A stretch of 63,225 nt of DNA, filler included, from Corallochytrium limacisporum Hawaii (taxonomy: Eukaryota; Protista; Pluriformea): the NCBI GenBank assembly GCA_002811645.1. It is 4 parts of 4 records of this genome, joined end to end, with 100 filler letters (N's around TTAATTAATTAA, not from the genome) between each part and the next. Parts side by side here need not be neighbours in the genome. Positions count along the whole stretch, not along the records: positions 29,342 to 55,073 come from PDIP01000083.1; positions 55,174 to 61,681 come from PDIP01000002.1; positions 61,782 to 63,225 come from PDIP01000225.1; 1 more part is not named here. One strand, 5' to 3'. This document shows, one piece after another, positions 53,183 to 63,225 of the stretch. The notes under the pieces are model-generated. The model ran no database searches and was not told the origin of the DNA. It worked only from the letters and a program-made list of their open reading frames with translations. The translations under genes and the position numbers were made by a program. How positions within the stretch are numbered: the stretch's first letter is position 1; every line of letters starts with the position of its first letter.

Positions 53183-53792
53183 GTTTGGCCCAAAGGTGAT
53201 ATGCTTTGCTTTGTTATCCTTTCCTAGACCCGCATATTCTACCAGGCTCGCGATCCCTTGCACTGCTAGGTCGTTAGCAGAGCTGTATGTCACGGTTTTA
53301 CTGATTTATTCTACAATTTCTAGGGCAAGTCTACATTCTCTTGGATACCTCAACAACTTCAACCTCAGAACATAGCTTTGGTCATTGCCTCGAAAAACAT
53401 ATGGAGATATTGAATCATACTACAAAGAACAACGAACGAGGCAGAGTTTGAACAGTGATGTTCTCAAGGTCAAATCCGTCCGGTGGAGAACCTCCCGCCC
53501 CCCCCCCCAAGGGGGACGGCAGGGGGCGGGGGACCCGACCTCGGGTGGAAATACGAGCCGGTCCACTCTGGACAGTAACCTAGGCCGACCACAGGTAACA
53601 TACACAGCACATACATCTAGCATGAGCTGCATTGGCGACTGTTGATCCATGACCTCCTGATAAGGATGATGGTCATATCTACGCGAACATATGTGAATAT
53701 GCATGTATGTACGTTATGCTGATGAATACGTGATGGGTGATGTGTCTTGTTGATGGAAGGCAGAACTAGCAATGCATTTTCCCGGTCTTCAT

Positions 53793-54623
53793 TCAGGCGT
53801 CCTTAAAATCTTCAGCCATGACCCGGTAGTCCTCGAGACTGCCGCAGTCGTAGCGATGTGAAATGCGGTAACAGACAATGTCCAGTGGACTTTCCGCCTT
53901 CACCCCCTCGTCATTGACGCGCCAATTAATGAACGTACCCGGCGCATCGTGAGTGGCGAGTGCCTTATCTTCGTGTGCTTTCAAGAACTGGTCAATCTTG
54001 CCCCAAACCTTGGGGCCCATAATGTACAGACAAGGCGATGCCAACCGCGAGCTGACTTCATCGGGACTCGGTTTTTCGTGGAAGCCCAGTACCTTCTCCT
54101 GGCCCTCGTCGGTCTCCAGGATTGCACGCTTGTGGACCTCATTGTCCGCGCAGGGGTAACCCACCAGAAGCAAATCGGATCCGTTGAAACGTGTCATGGC
54201 CTCCTTTACCTTGAACTCGGCATCGAACAGTGTGTCACCTCCGATGACCACCAGACCTTCATCATCGTCCAGTAGCCCATCCTTCTGTAGCTTGTGGATG
54301 CCGTTCCGTAGATCCTTGACTGCTCCATTGCGGCTGTCGTTGGTGGTCGCCATTGTATTGATTACATCGATTTCTAGACCCGTGTAGTGGTCCTTGGCCC
54401 AGTCCTGGAATTTTCCGATGTCCCGAGCATTAGTTATCACCTGCACTTTGGTAAAACCGGCGGCCTTCAGATCATCCAGCCACAGGTCGGCAAGCACCTT
54501 GCTGCCCAAAGGCAGCAATGCTTTCGAAAGGCCATCTAGGAACTTGTACTGTCCCGTAGTATCCGCATCCACATCCCGTTGTAATCGTGAACCAAAACCT
54601 GCGGCAAGCAGGATGGCCTTCAT
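53793..54623 (-). CDS. Sugar-phosphate nucleotidyltransferase (NTP_transferase family)
   Basis: MKAILLAAGFGSRL, KALLP, VIGGDTLF, FHEKP, SPCLY, HDAPG, RYDCG. Confidence 0.85.
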   Translation of the reverse strand: MKAILLAAGFGSRLQRDVDADTTGQYKFLDGLSKALLPLGSKVLADLWLDDLKAAGFTKVQVITNARDIGKFQDWAKDHYTGLEIDVINTMATTNDSRNGAVKDLRNGIHKLQKDGLLDDDEGLVVIGGDTLFDAEFKVKEAMTRFNGSDLLLVGYPCADNEVHKRAILETDEGQEKVLGFHEKPSPDEVSSRLASPCLYIMGPKVWGKIDQFLKAHEDKALATHDAPGTFINWRVNDEGVKAESPLDIVCYRISHRYDCGSLEDYRVMAEDFKDA

Positions 54624-55073
54624 GGTCAGGTTTCACTAATCCTCCAAGAGTCGCTGTACCCACATCATTACCCATGTGTTCCCAGCATGCACAGTCCTAT
54701 TCGTACCGGAACCAGACGTTCACATACCTCTACAACACCATTCGCTCACTTTACTCGGCCGCCACACAGACGCCTTCCATGCGGTGGCTCCGAGCCGGTG
54801 CGCCGGCCCTCTTCATTCAGCCATCCATCCCTCTGGCGTAATAAAAGAACCCCCACCATAATGAGTGTGCATAGGGCCGATAAAATCTTCCCGCGATTGG
54901 TCAAGGATTGTTGTGACACTTGTTTTTTTTTTTTTGGTTTTTCTTTTATTCCCTTTCTTTTCCTTTTTGCTTGTGTGGGTCGACCCAATTCTCTCAGTGA
55001 TATCAATTCGTTCCCTTTCCGGAATCGGGGGAAGTGGAAGCGTGGGGGTTGGAGGTTGTTGGGGAAGGGGGGG

Positions 55074-55173
55074 NNNNNNNNNNNNNNNNNNNNNNNNNNN
55101 NNNNNNNNNNNNNNNNNTTAATTAATTAANNNNNNNNNNNNNNNNNNNNNNNNNNNNNNNNNNNNNNNNNNNN
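55074..55173. other. Assembly gap with artificial TTAATTAATTAA linker (55118-55129)
   Basis: 100-nt N run with the spacer. Confidence 0.95.
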
Positions 55174-55577
55174 GGGAGGTTTGGGGGGGGGGTGTCACGA
55201 GCTGTGCGGACCCCAAGCGGTGCTCCTGGTACTGGTGTTGGGGAGTGTGTGTGCACGTTTTATGTTTGGTTTCCGTCTTCGCTTCTGCAAGTGCGGAGTT
55301 GCGACTGTGTTGTGTTGTATGGTCTGAACGCATTTGGAGCAGCAGAACACGACACAAACACAAAATGACTCAACACAACACTCGAACAAGTGACTGCGCC
55401 AAAGTCACCGGCCTTTGGGAGTCGCACCATGGATCAGTGTGGCTACTAGAAAGCGTGCACCGGTATAAGCTGCAGCATTGACATTGGATTCTCACTTCCC
55501 TGAAGTTTGCATTTGTTCTTGTGACAAATCCCCACTTTGTAACAACTAACCTTGTTCTCTCTTTCAAATCGTTTAAC

Positions 55578-56729
55578 ATGTCCGGAGAAGAGTTCCTTTT
55601 CACTTCCGAGTCTGTCGGTGAGGGTCACCCCGACAAGATTTGTGACCAGGTGTCCGATGCCATTCTCGACGCCTGCCTCGCTGCCGACCCCGAGTCTAAG
55701 GTCGCCTGTGAGACCGCCACCAAGACCGGTATGATTATGGTTCTGGGTGAGATCACCACCAATGCCAACCTGGACTACCAGCGCGTCATCCGTGCCGCTG
55801 TTAAGAACATTGGCTATGACGATTCCTCTAAGGGTTTCGACTTCAAGACATGCAACGTCCTTGTGGCCATTGAGGAGCAGTCCCCGGAAATCGCTGCCGG
55901 CGTGCACGTTGACCGTGATGAGCTTGACACCGGTGCCGGTGACCAGGGTATCATGTTCGGCTATGCCACTGACGAAACCCCGGAACTCATGCCCATGACC
56001 CTCCACCTGGCCCACGCCCTCAACCTGAAGCTGGCCGCTGGTCGCCGCGACGGTACCCTGGCTTGGGCTCGTCCCGACACCAAGACCCAGGTCACTGTCA
56101 AGTACCGCAACGACAACGGTGCCATGGTCCCCTTGTACGTGCACACCATTGTTATTTCCACCCAGCACTCCGACGATGTCTCCAACGAGCAGATCGCTTC
56201 TGACCTCATGGAGAAGGTTATCAAGCCTGTCATCCCGGCTCAGTTCCTGACCGAGGAGACTGTTTTCCATCTCAACCCCTCTGGCCGTTTTGTCATTGGT
56301 GGTCCCCAGGGTGATGCCGGTGTTACTGGCCGCAAGATTATTGTCGACACCTACGGTGGCTGGGGTGCCCACGGTGGTGGTGCCTTCTCCGGTAAGGACT
56401 GGTCCAAGGTCGATCGTTCCGCTGCTTACGCTGCTCGCTGGGTCGCCAAGTCTCTGGTCGCTGCCGGTCTGGCTCGCCGTTGCCTTGTTCAGCTCTCCTA
56501 CGCCATTGGTGTGGCCAAGCCTCTGTCTATCTACGTTGACACCTACGGCACTGGCAAGAAGACCAATGCCGAGCTGTTGAAGATCATTGAGGACAACTTT
56601 GATCTCCGCCCCGGTGCCATTGTGCGGGAACTTGGCCTGAAGCGCCCTATCTACCTGAAGTCTGCTTCCTACGGCCACTTCGGTCGCTCTGACTTCCCTT
56701 GGGAGCAGGTCAAGCAGCTCAAGTTCTAA
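55578..56729 (+). CDS. MAT2A: S-adenosylmethionine synthetase (canonical MAT, not MATX)
   Basis: [54 protein letters not shown]; strong C/T third-position bias. Confidence 0.97.
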   Translation: MSGEEFLFTSESVGEGHPDKICDQVSDAILDACLAADPESKVACETATKTGMIMVLGEITTNANLDYQRVIRAAVKNIGYDDSSKGFDFKTCNVLVAIEEQSPEIAAGVHVDRDELDTGAGDQGIMFGYATDETPELMPMTLHLAHALNLKLAAGRRDGTLAWARPDTKTQVTVKYRNDNGAMVPLYVHTIVISTQHSDDVSNEQIASDLMEKVIKPVIPAQFLTEETVFHLNPSGRFVIGGPQGDAGVTGRKIIVDTYGGWGAHGGGAFSGKDWSKVDRSAAYAARWVAKSLVAAGLARRCLVQLSYAIGVAKPLSIYVDTYGTGKKTNAELLKIIEDNFDLRPGAIVRELGLKRPIYLKSASYGHFGRSDFPWEQVKQLKF

Positions 56730-57155
56730 ATGCGTTACATCGGACTATGGAAAGCTCCAGCACCGACAGTCTGCTGCAGTAAGCTGTTCTGTGATTTAAA
56801 AGACGCAGCAGCACGGGTTAGGTAGTCGTTGCAAATTTCCGAAGGGCTTTATGTGGGGGCTTCTAGAACATCAAAACTCTGTATCATTAGTTCCAACCGT
56901 AAGGTTTAATTTGTAATTGTTCAATGTACGTCCCTACTCAAAAAGATGGGAGATCTTCACTCGATTCTATACTAGAGGGGTTCTATCCAAGAGAAAGTCG
57001 CACCAGAGACGAATGGCCCCACAAGAGAATCTAAACCCGAACCGTCAATTTGTGTTTAATTGCTTTGTCTTGTATGGATGTCAGGTTGTGTACACATCCT
57101 ATTTTTTATTCCTCAATGCATGGGTGGGCGGGATTGTGGCGACGGTGAATCACAA

Positions 57156-60100
57156 CTAGGACAACTCAAAGCCAGCGTTGGCGTTCAGCGCATAGGTCAT
57201 GCGCTCAAACAGAATATCCCGGCTCTTGTAAACGGGTAGTTTGAGCAAGTTCATGCACGTCGATGCTGATGGCAGGCGGTCCTGTTCGCCACCGCTATGT
57301 ACGCAAAAGGCTGGGTATAGCTCCCTAAAACCGAGCAACGGTGGCCTCGAGCATGACGTGACAAAACGCAGGAGCTTGCCCTTATCTTCCTCATTTAGCG
57401 ACCGCACGTACTCCCAGAACCAATGGATCACTCGGTGCTGCGGGCTGTATGCACCAGAATAGTTGGTGTGGGCAACCAGATCGTCGACATCAATAGCCTT
57501 GTCCGCACCAGAAATTACAGTACGTAATTCGCGTTCGTTGAACATACGGATCCAGTTGGGGTGGATAACGTCCATCATACCCTTCATAAAGGCATTCGCC
57601 TGGGGTGCGATTTGCTTGTTCAGTCGGTACATGGCAACACAATGAATGTACTCGATCCGATTCTCGTTGGTTACCGCCACATTACGTCCGTTTCGGATCA
57701 ATTCGTGTTCCACTGCCCGGCCCTGGTGGTTGTCGGTAATAGTGAAGTTAAGACCAAAATCTTCCTCTACGTTACCAGGGTAGTTTTTGAGTGCCATGAG
57801 ATTCTTGTAGAACTCTGGGTCCAGGGATGGCAGGTCATTGACAAAGTTGAACTTACCTAACATACGGGACACAAAGAACGGAGCTAGTGGTAGCTCCACC
57901 AGGATCTGCTCATGGATGGCCTTACCCAGCATGCGCCCCAGGAATCGATACTGCCCCAGTGGATTCTCCCTCACCATGTCCATGAAGTACGGGTTCGGAT
58001 AGAGCTCCTGATTCGGTGTTGTGACAAAGAGACCGCGCTTAGGGTCGAATGCTTCCTTAAGCATCTCAGTGAGGAATTCCTTGAATAAACCCCCGCCGTC
58101 CAAACCTGCTTCTTCCAACCCTTGCTCGTTTACCATGGTAACTTGAATGCGCTGTTTGATATCCGTGTCCGGCTTGCTTAGAGCCTTGAAGGCGTCCTCA
58201 TATATGTTGGTCCGACGAACGACCATGCGAAGGCCTACCACCCGAAGCTCATTGAGCAAACGTTGCGGATCAGCCAAACCTTTATCCTCCTCAATCAGAC
58301 GCTTGAGAATGGCCACACGGTGATGAAACGGTACCACAAAGGGCAGCTCCTTCAGCAGCACCAGGTGCTTCGCCCGCAAGTCAGTTCCCAAATGGTCCGC
58401 GGGTGCGCCATGAGTGGAAACGTCCATCGCATCCTCGGCATAGTCGTCGTCAAAGTCGGCCATGGTTATTCGTTCGTACGGTACGATGATGTTCTGGCTC
58501 TGGAAGATACCATCTGGCAATGCCCGCAGACGGGATTCACGATTGTGCAGCGATATGAGGAGTTGATTGATATCCTTGGGGTGACTAAGCTCTAGCTCCG
58601 CAAACTGTGGTGCGGTGTACAACTGCACCACCACATTGCGGAGAATCGGAATAAGGTCACACAGACCTTGCTCTGACAGTAGCAGCTGCACACTCTTCTT
58701 CTGGCCGTTCTGCCCCAACTCTGCACTGCCCTTCAGAGCTTGCACTGTTGCATTGGTGCTCTCCAGAATCTCCCGGAACTCCGCGTCATCCAAAGACCGC
58801 TGGTAATAGTTCAGACCGAGACAAAGCACGGACGCCGCTGCCTTAATGGTAGCCAAATCTCCAGTATCATAGTTAAGCGATGCCAGCGCCACGAACTGTG
58901 CGCGATAGGTCTGCCATATGGCATGCAGGAACCACGGATCGTAACCAATTACATGCAACATCTCCATTTGCTTCATCGAACTCTTTGCCCGGGACGGCTG
59001 CAGCAACTTTGCAAAGAGTAGACAGACCTCCTGCAGTATCCCTTTCATTCGGTTTCCTTCCGAAGCGGTATTGCTGTGCAAGTATGCAATAATTTCCGTC
59101 AGCAGTCCACGGCTGTGGATCTGGGAACAAGCTTTCTGCAGCCTCGTAAATTGCACCGTGCTTTGTACTGTACCTCGCAGCTGTCGCTGTATCACTTCCT
59201 CCGGCGACAGGCGCTTCCGCTTGCCTGAGCCCGTTACCTCTACTGTGGGATCGTCCGTGTCATCTTCGTCGCTGTCGTAGTCTAAGCGGCGATTCGGATC
59301 CGTACCTGTGTTCAGGCTACTTGATTCCCGTTCCGAGTACAGCTGGTCCGTGCCGTATATACAAATATCAGGCAGATACTGCAGCAGCCAATGCAAGTAT
59401 TGTAGGTGAGTAATCAACCATTCGCTCCCGGCCATTTCTGCCAACTTTCCTTTGCTCAGATCAATAAGATTTCCCAAGAGATACATCGCTGTGACATCAT
59501 TGAAATCGTTTGATTTTTGTAGGTTTGTCACGGATTCGACCCGTTCGATCGCGACAAGGTCGGCTGAAGTCAGCCCAATACCCCCAATGCTCGCCAATGA
59601 ATCTGCGAACAGTGTGCTTGTTAGCAGTTCAGACATAAACCCGCCAAGAATCTGACTATCAGCTCCTTCTTTACCATTCACTAGTCGTAACGGTATGTGA
59701 ATGAGTTCCAAGACAATGGTACTCTGTTCTTTGGATAGGGGAGAATCCTGCCGGTCCTTGCGAAGAAGATCCGCAATCGTCCCATAGAAGATACTGTGCC
59801 GATCTCTCTTGGGTTTCATAAGATCCCTGGTGAATAAGAGGTGGAGGAACTCCGTCCCTTGAACACTTTTTTGCCACTGATCTACACGCAGCAGTGTATC
59901 CATCATGGTCAGCAGATCACCGCTGCCGTCGTGCGGGAGCAGCTCAAAAGCGTTGCAAATGATCTGCCTTAGATTGTGATTTACACCGCTTCCAATTCCT
60001 TCCTGCCATTCTTTGTCGACCCACGCTTGTGCCACCGAGCTGTCGCTTCCGTTCGCCACTGGTGAGGCCAGGAATGCAACCGCCTTCGCCAACCGCTGCT

Positions 60101-60428
60101 TGTCCCCCGGTACTCTCCGCGGAGAATAAAAGAAATTCAACCTTCGCAGCTGCAGTAGGATCTTCTCCTGGAGATCCAGCGGCAACGTCTGAAGCTCCCG
60201 GTCGCTGTCGTACTCTGTACGAATGACATTCCGCGCCTGGACCAGTGCAGAGTGACAGCGGAAAGCGCTCTGTATCCGTGTTGCAGCGTCGGTCTTGCGT
60301 CGGTCCGCCTGCCGTTTCTGCCGTTCCTCACGGGCCCGCGCTAGCAGCGCCTTTCGATCCTCTTCTTTCGCCGCCCCACGCAGAGATATGTTGCGACGAG
60401 ACTTGTGCTGACCCTCGAAACTAAACAT
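57156..60428 (-). CDS. UBE3C: HECT E3 ubiquitin ligase UBE3C (Hul5-like)
   Basis: MFSFEG N-terminus, IQ motif (AATRIQSAFR), EAGLDGGGLFKEF, FVTSCSRPPLLGF, RLPSASTCMNLLKLP, AGFELS. Confidence 0.95.
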   Translation of the reverse strand: MFSFEGQHKSRRNISLRGAAKEEDRKALLARAREERQKRQADRRKTDAATRIQSAFRCHSALVQARNVIRTEYDSDRELQTLPLDLQEKILLQLRRLNFFYSPRRVPGDKQRLAKAVAFLASPVANGSDSSVAQAWVDKEWQEGIGSGVNHNLRQIICNAFELLPHDGSGDLLTMMDTLLRVDQWQKSVQGTEFLHLLFTRDLMKPKRDRHSIFYGTIADLLRKDRQDSPLSKEQSTIVLELIHIPLRLVNGKEGADSQILGGFMSELLTSTLFADSLASIGGIGLTSADLVAIERVESVTNLQKSNDFNDVTAMYLLGNLIDLSKGKLAEMAGSEWLITHLQYLHWLLQYLPDICIYGTDQLYSERESSSLNTGTDPNRRLDYDSDEDDTDDPTVEVTGSGKRKRLSPEEVIQRQLRGTVQSTVQFTRLQKACSQIHSRGLLTEIIAYLHSNTASEGNRMKGILQEVCLLFAKLLQPSRAKSSMKQMEMLHVIGYDPWFLHAIWQTYRAQFVALASLNYDTGDLATIKAAASVLCLGLNYYQRSLDDAEFREILESTNATVQALKGSAELGQNGQKKSVQLLLSEQGLCDLIPILRNVVVQLYTAPQFAELELSHPKDINQLLISLHNRESRLRALPDGIFQSQNIIVPYERITMADFDDDYAEDAMDVSTHGAPADHLGTDLRAKHLVLLKELPFVVPFHHRVAILKRLIEEDKGLADPQRLLNELRVVGLRMVVRRTNIYEDAFKALSKPDTDIKQRIQVTMVNEQGLEEAGLDGGGLFKEFLTEMLKEAFDPKRGLFVTTPNQELYPNPYFMDMVRENPLGQYRFLGRMLGKAIHEQILVELPLAPFFVSRMLGKFNFVNDLPSLDPEFYKNLMALKNYPGNVEEDFGLNFTITDNHQGRAVEHELIRNGRNVAVTNENRIEYIHCVAMYRLNKQIAPQANAFMKGMMDVIHPNWIRMFNERELRTVISGADKAIDVDDLVAHTNYSGAYSPQHRVIHWFWEYVRSLNEEDKGKLLRFVTSCSRPPLLGFRELYPAFCVHSGGEQDRLPSASTCMNLLKLPVYKSRDILFERMTYALNANAGFELS

Positions 60429-61238
60429 TTTGGTCCTCTAATTGAAATGGTGCGAAAACTATAAAGACCTCGAGAAGTGCATGACTAAAGTTAAGCACAT
60501 ATCCTACCTCATCTTTGTCTATCCGGATTTCCTGTACTCTGACCGTTTCTTATGCTGTTAATCCTCATAACAATGGCAGCATATCTGTCTGTTCTGTCTT
60601 TGGCGTATTTGAAAGCCAAAATGTTTTACTGTACACTGCTGATCACTGAAATACCAACGACTCCGCCGCCCCACGTTCAGGCTATTTGGCTCAAGTCACT
60701 TGCTCATCGCTAAGCTCCCGCTCTCTCCCCTTCACTACCCGACTGCCAACGGGAGACAACTGGTCCACGACGTCACTTTTTCTCTCCCAAGGATCCTAAC
60801 GGGGATCCTCGCTCTTTCCGGGAGACCAGTCCCACTGTTGGCCCATATATTGAGTACACAGACTAGTAGTCGATGGGACCGTGAAGAATCGAGAGAGAAG
60901 GTTCCTGGCTTTTCCTGTTCGGCGTTTACATTCCGGTGCGGGAGGGGCCCCGTCCCTCAAAGTCTTCCAGAACCGCCCGACTTGCGACGGGTTCGAGTGG
61001 GGGGGGTATCCCAGTGCATTCTCTTCGGAGTACTGTATGTTGAACGGGTACCGGGCTGCAGAGCTCCTGAGCCTTGCACAGTCAAGTCTTGATGGGCCTT
61101 CCATGTGAATTGTGATTCCTCGCAACCATCTTGAAGAGAAATTTGCAACATTTGAGGGTCGATGTTGCGGTAATGCTACGACACGATTCATCACGCCCGT
61201 TGATCCGCCGCAGAACCCTGCTTCTTGTTGGGCATCGG

Positions 61239-61563
61239 CTATGATAGCGATGCTTCGGAACGGGGACCAACAACTGATGCAGGAACCGGCGCTGACTTAC
61301 CGTCCTTCTTTCCCTCCGCAGCTGCACGCTCACGCACGGCACGATCACGTTCCTCAGCAATCGCATCGATATGTTTGCGCACATTGGGATAGTGCTGCAG
61401 TACATTGGTCCAAATCTTCCTTGGACAGGGAGAACAGATCAAAATCAGTTTTGGCACGGATTGAAGCTATACGAGGCATGCTCATCATGAGGGCTATCTC
61501 ACCAAAGAAATCACCACCCTTCATGGTGGCAAACATAGTTTTCATACCACCCTCTGTCTCATA
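61239..61563 (-). pseudogene. Frameshifted cyclic-nucleotide-binding domain fragment (CNG/HCN-channel-like C-terminus)
   Basis: GDFFGEIAL...PRIASIRA...LFSLSKEDLD continues in another frame as NVLQHYPNVRKHIDAIAEER; one extra base near 61407; in-frame stop upstream. Confidence 0.6.
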
Positions 61564-61681
61564 ATATTAGGCCGAATCTATTCAAATCACATTCATTCGA
61601 ATCCCGACCGCTGTGGCGGGAAACATTTTGCGCGTTCAAACTCAGCGTAGCCGACTCTATCCCCGAGCCAATTTTCAGTCC

Positions 61682-61781
61682 NNNNNNNNNNNNNNNNNNN
61701 NNNNNNNNNNNNNNNNNNNNNNNNNTTAATTAATTAANNNNNNNNNNNNNNNNNNNNNNNNNNNNNNNNNNNNNNNNNNNN
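61682..61781. other. Assembly gap with artificial TTAATTAATTAA linker (61726-61737)
   Basis: 100-nt N run with the spacer. Confidence 0.95.
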
Positions 61782-63225
61782 CCAGAGTAGAAGCCAGTCT
61801 GTTCATCTCCCGACACGGCATCGCAGAGACCATCGGTACCAAAGCCAGCACTCTGACACGATTGGAAGTAAGAGCAGCAATCGTCCGGCACGCAGTCTAC
61901 AGGCGTACCGGATTCGTCTGTACAACCGGTTGCGCCGGTGAACACAGCCGTGTCGGCTTCATCAGGACCTTGTCCAACACACTCTGCCTGACTTCCGCGT
62001 CCAAGAAAGGCGCAGGTGTCCGCAGTGCGGAACGAGCAGCATGTGTCCACTGAACAGTCAACAATACCACCGTCCTCATCTACACATCTGCCTTCGGGTC
62101 CTACGAAGGTTGCAATCTGGCCTTCGTCATCGTCTACTTGCGCTTGACACTGTGCTGTGTTGCTGGCACCAATATCAGCACAAGTCGGACGGAAGTCGCA
62201 ACACTCGTCGATGGTACAGTCAATGTTTTCACCTTCGGCACCAAAGCAGTCCGCGATATCAGACAAGAAGCCAGTCAGTTCGCTGCCTGACTGTGCATCG
62301 CAGGTAACATCACTGACAAAGCCAGCACTTTGGCAGGATTGGAAGTATGTGCAGCAGTCCGAAGGAACACAGTCGACAAGCTCGTCGTCATCGTTTCTAC
62401 ATTCAGTTTGGCCAGTGTATACCGCCGTGTCGATTGCATTAGCATCGGGAGCGTTTGCCGCACATTCTACCGCACTGGTCAAGCCCAGGGAGCTGCAGGT
62501 TTGTGTATGCGTACAGCAGTCCTCCACGGTACAGCTGTCAGCACCGGCGTCCCCATCGCCAATACAATCGGTTCGGCCTGTATATGTGGCTGTCTGGCCT
62601 GGTTCGCCGAAAGGCTCACAGGCGCCATCACTGTCCAAGTTGAGACTCTGGCAAGTTTCCTCAAACCTACAGCAATCCTCGAACTGGCAATTCACTACAA
62701 CACCGTCCTCCTCACAGACTCCTTGGTTTTGGTTGATGAAGATGCCGGCCATGTTGCCACTGGCTTGCGTCTGGCACTGTGCGGTGTTGCCGGCATTAAT
62801 GTCGGCACACGTCGCGCGGAAATTGCAGCACTGATCTGGGGTACAGTTTGTGTTTACATTGTCCTCTCCAAAGCAGTCCGTGGCACCAGAGTAGAAGCCA
62901 GTCACTTCACCGGGTGATGGTGATGCTGCATCGCACTGGGCGTCGGTGCCCAAGCCAGCACTCTGACAGGACTCGTAATAGGTACAGCAGTCGTCCAGTA
63001 CGCAGTCGATAGGAACTGGAACTGCGCCGGATTGGTCTGTACATCCGACTGTGCCCGTGTACACCGCGGTGTCCGCTGCATTAGGACCCTTGCCAGCACA
63101 CTCCTCTGGACTTCCCAGCAAAAGAGATGAGCAAGTGTCCGCAGGGCGGAACGAGCAGCAGGTCTCCTGAGTGCAGTCTTCACCATCGCATGCGCCTGTC
63201 TCAGGCCCAATAAACAAGGCGATAG
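61782..63225 (-). CDS. Partial cysteine-rich tandem-repeat protein, probably extracellular or cell-wall
   Basis: Frame is open from the window end to the gap; about nine ~52-aa units with six Cys, ending in CC; acidic. Confidence 0.85.

Noticed and set aside
55545-55577. ACTAAC plus pyrimidine tract before the MAT start as a 5' UTR intron end
   Set aside because: No AG acceptor between the branch-like motif and the ATG.
55446-56678. 410-aa antisense ORF over MAT
   Set aside because: Shadow ORF explained by the strong codon bias of a conserved gene; no recognisable motifs.
1-63225. CRISPR arrays, rRNA, transposases or prokaryotic operons
   Set aside because: I saw no repeat-spacer arrays, rRNA cores, or transposase or reverse-transcriptase motifs; the gene content is eukaryotic housekeeping.

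Overview
Gene-dense, almost intronless eukaryotic nuclear DNA with about 26 complete protein genes, one partial gene and one frameshifted fragment. Recognisable genes include CBR1-type SDR, GRASP, a Nup188-like nucleoporin, bystin, SLC35A, EPHX2, MIS12, IFT140, WDR89, LDHD, RBM22/Slt11, HSDL2, FKBP2, a tail-anchored golgin, VPS35, TUBGCP3, LYRM4, MRPL27, MPPE1, MAT and UBE3C. Only one spliceosomal intron is evident (MPPE1). Animal-like proteins in a compact, intron-poor layout suggest a unicellular holozoan such as Corallochytrium; this is inference only. Three 100-nt N gaps contain an artificial TTAATTAATTAA linker, so adjacency across them is uncertain. The most striking feature lies in the ~3 kb gene-free stretch at 43.2-46.2 kb: an intact tRNA-Ile(UAU) gene with an unusually long (227 nt), strongly hairpin-forming intron. 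It is flanked by further hairpin-rich, Pol III-like elements that share motifs and complementarity, which may be an undescribed tRNA-associated ncRNA cluster. Other highlights are a recurrent intergenic 12-mer (GGGAGTCTATTT), a two-domain HAD+epoxide hydrolase, a truncated IFT140, and a golgin with both golgin-84-like and giantin-like motifs. All homology calls come from recalled motifs, not database searches.
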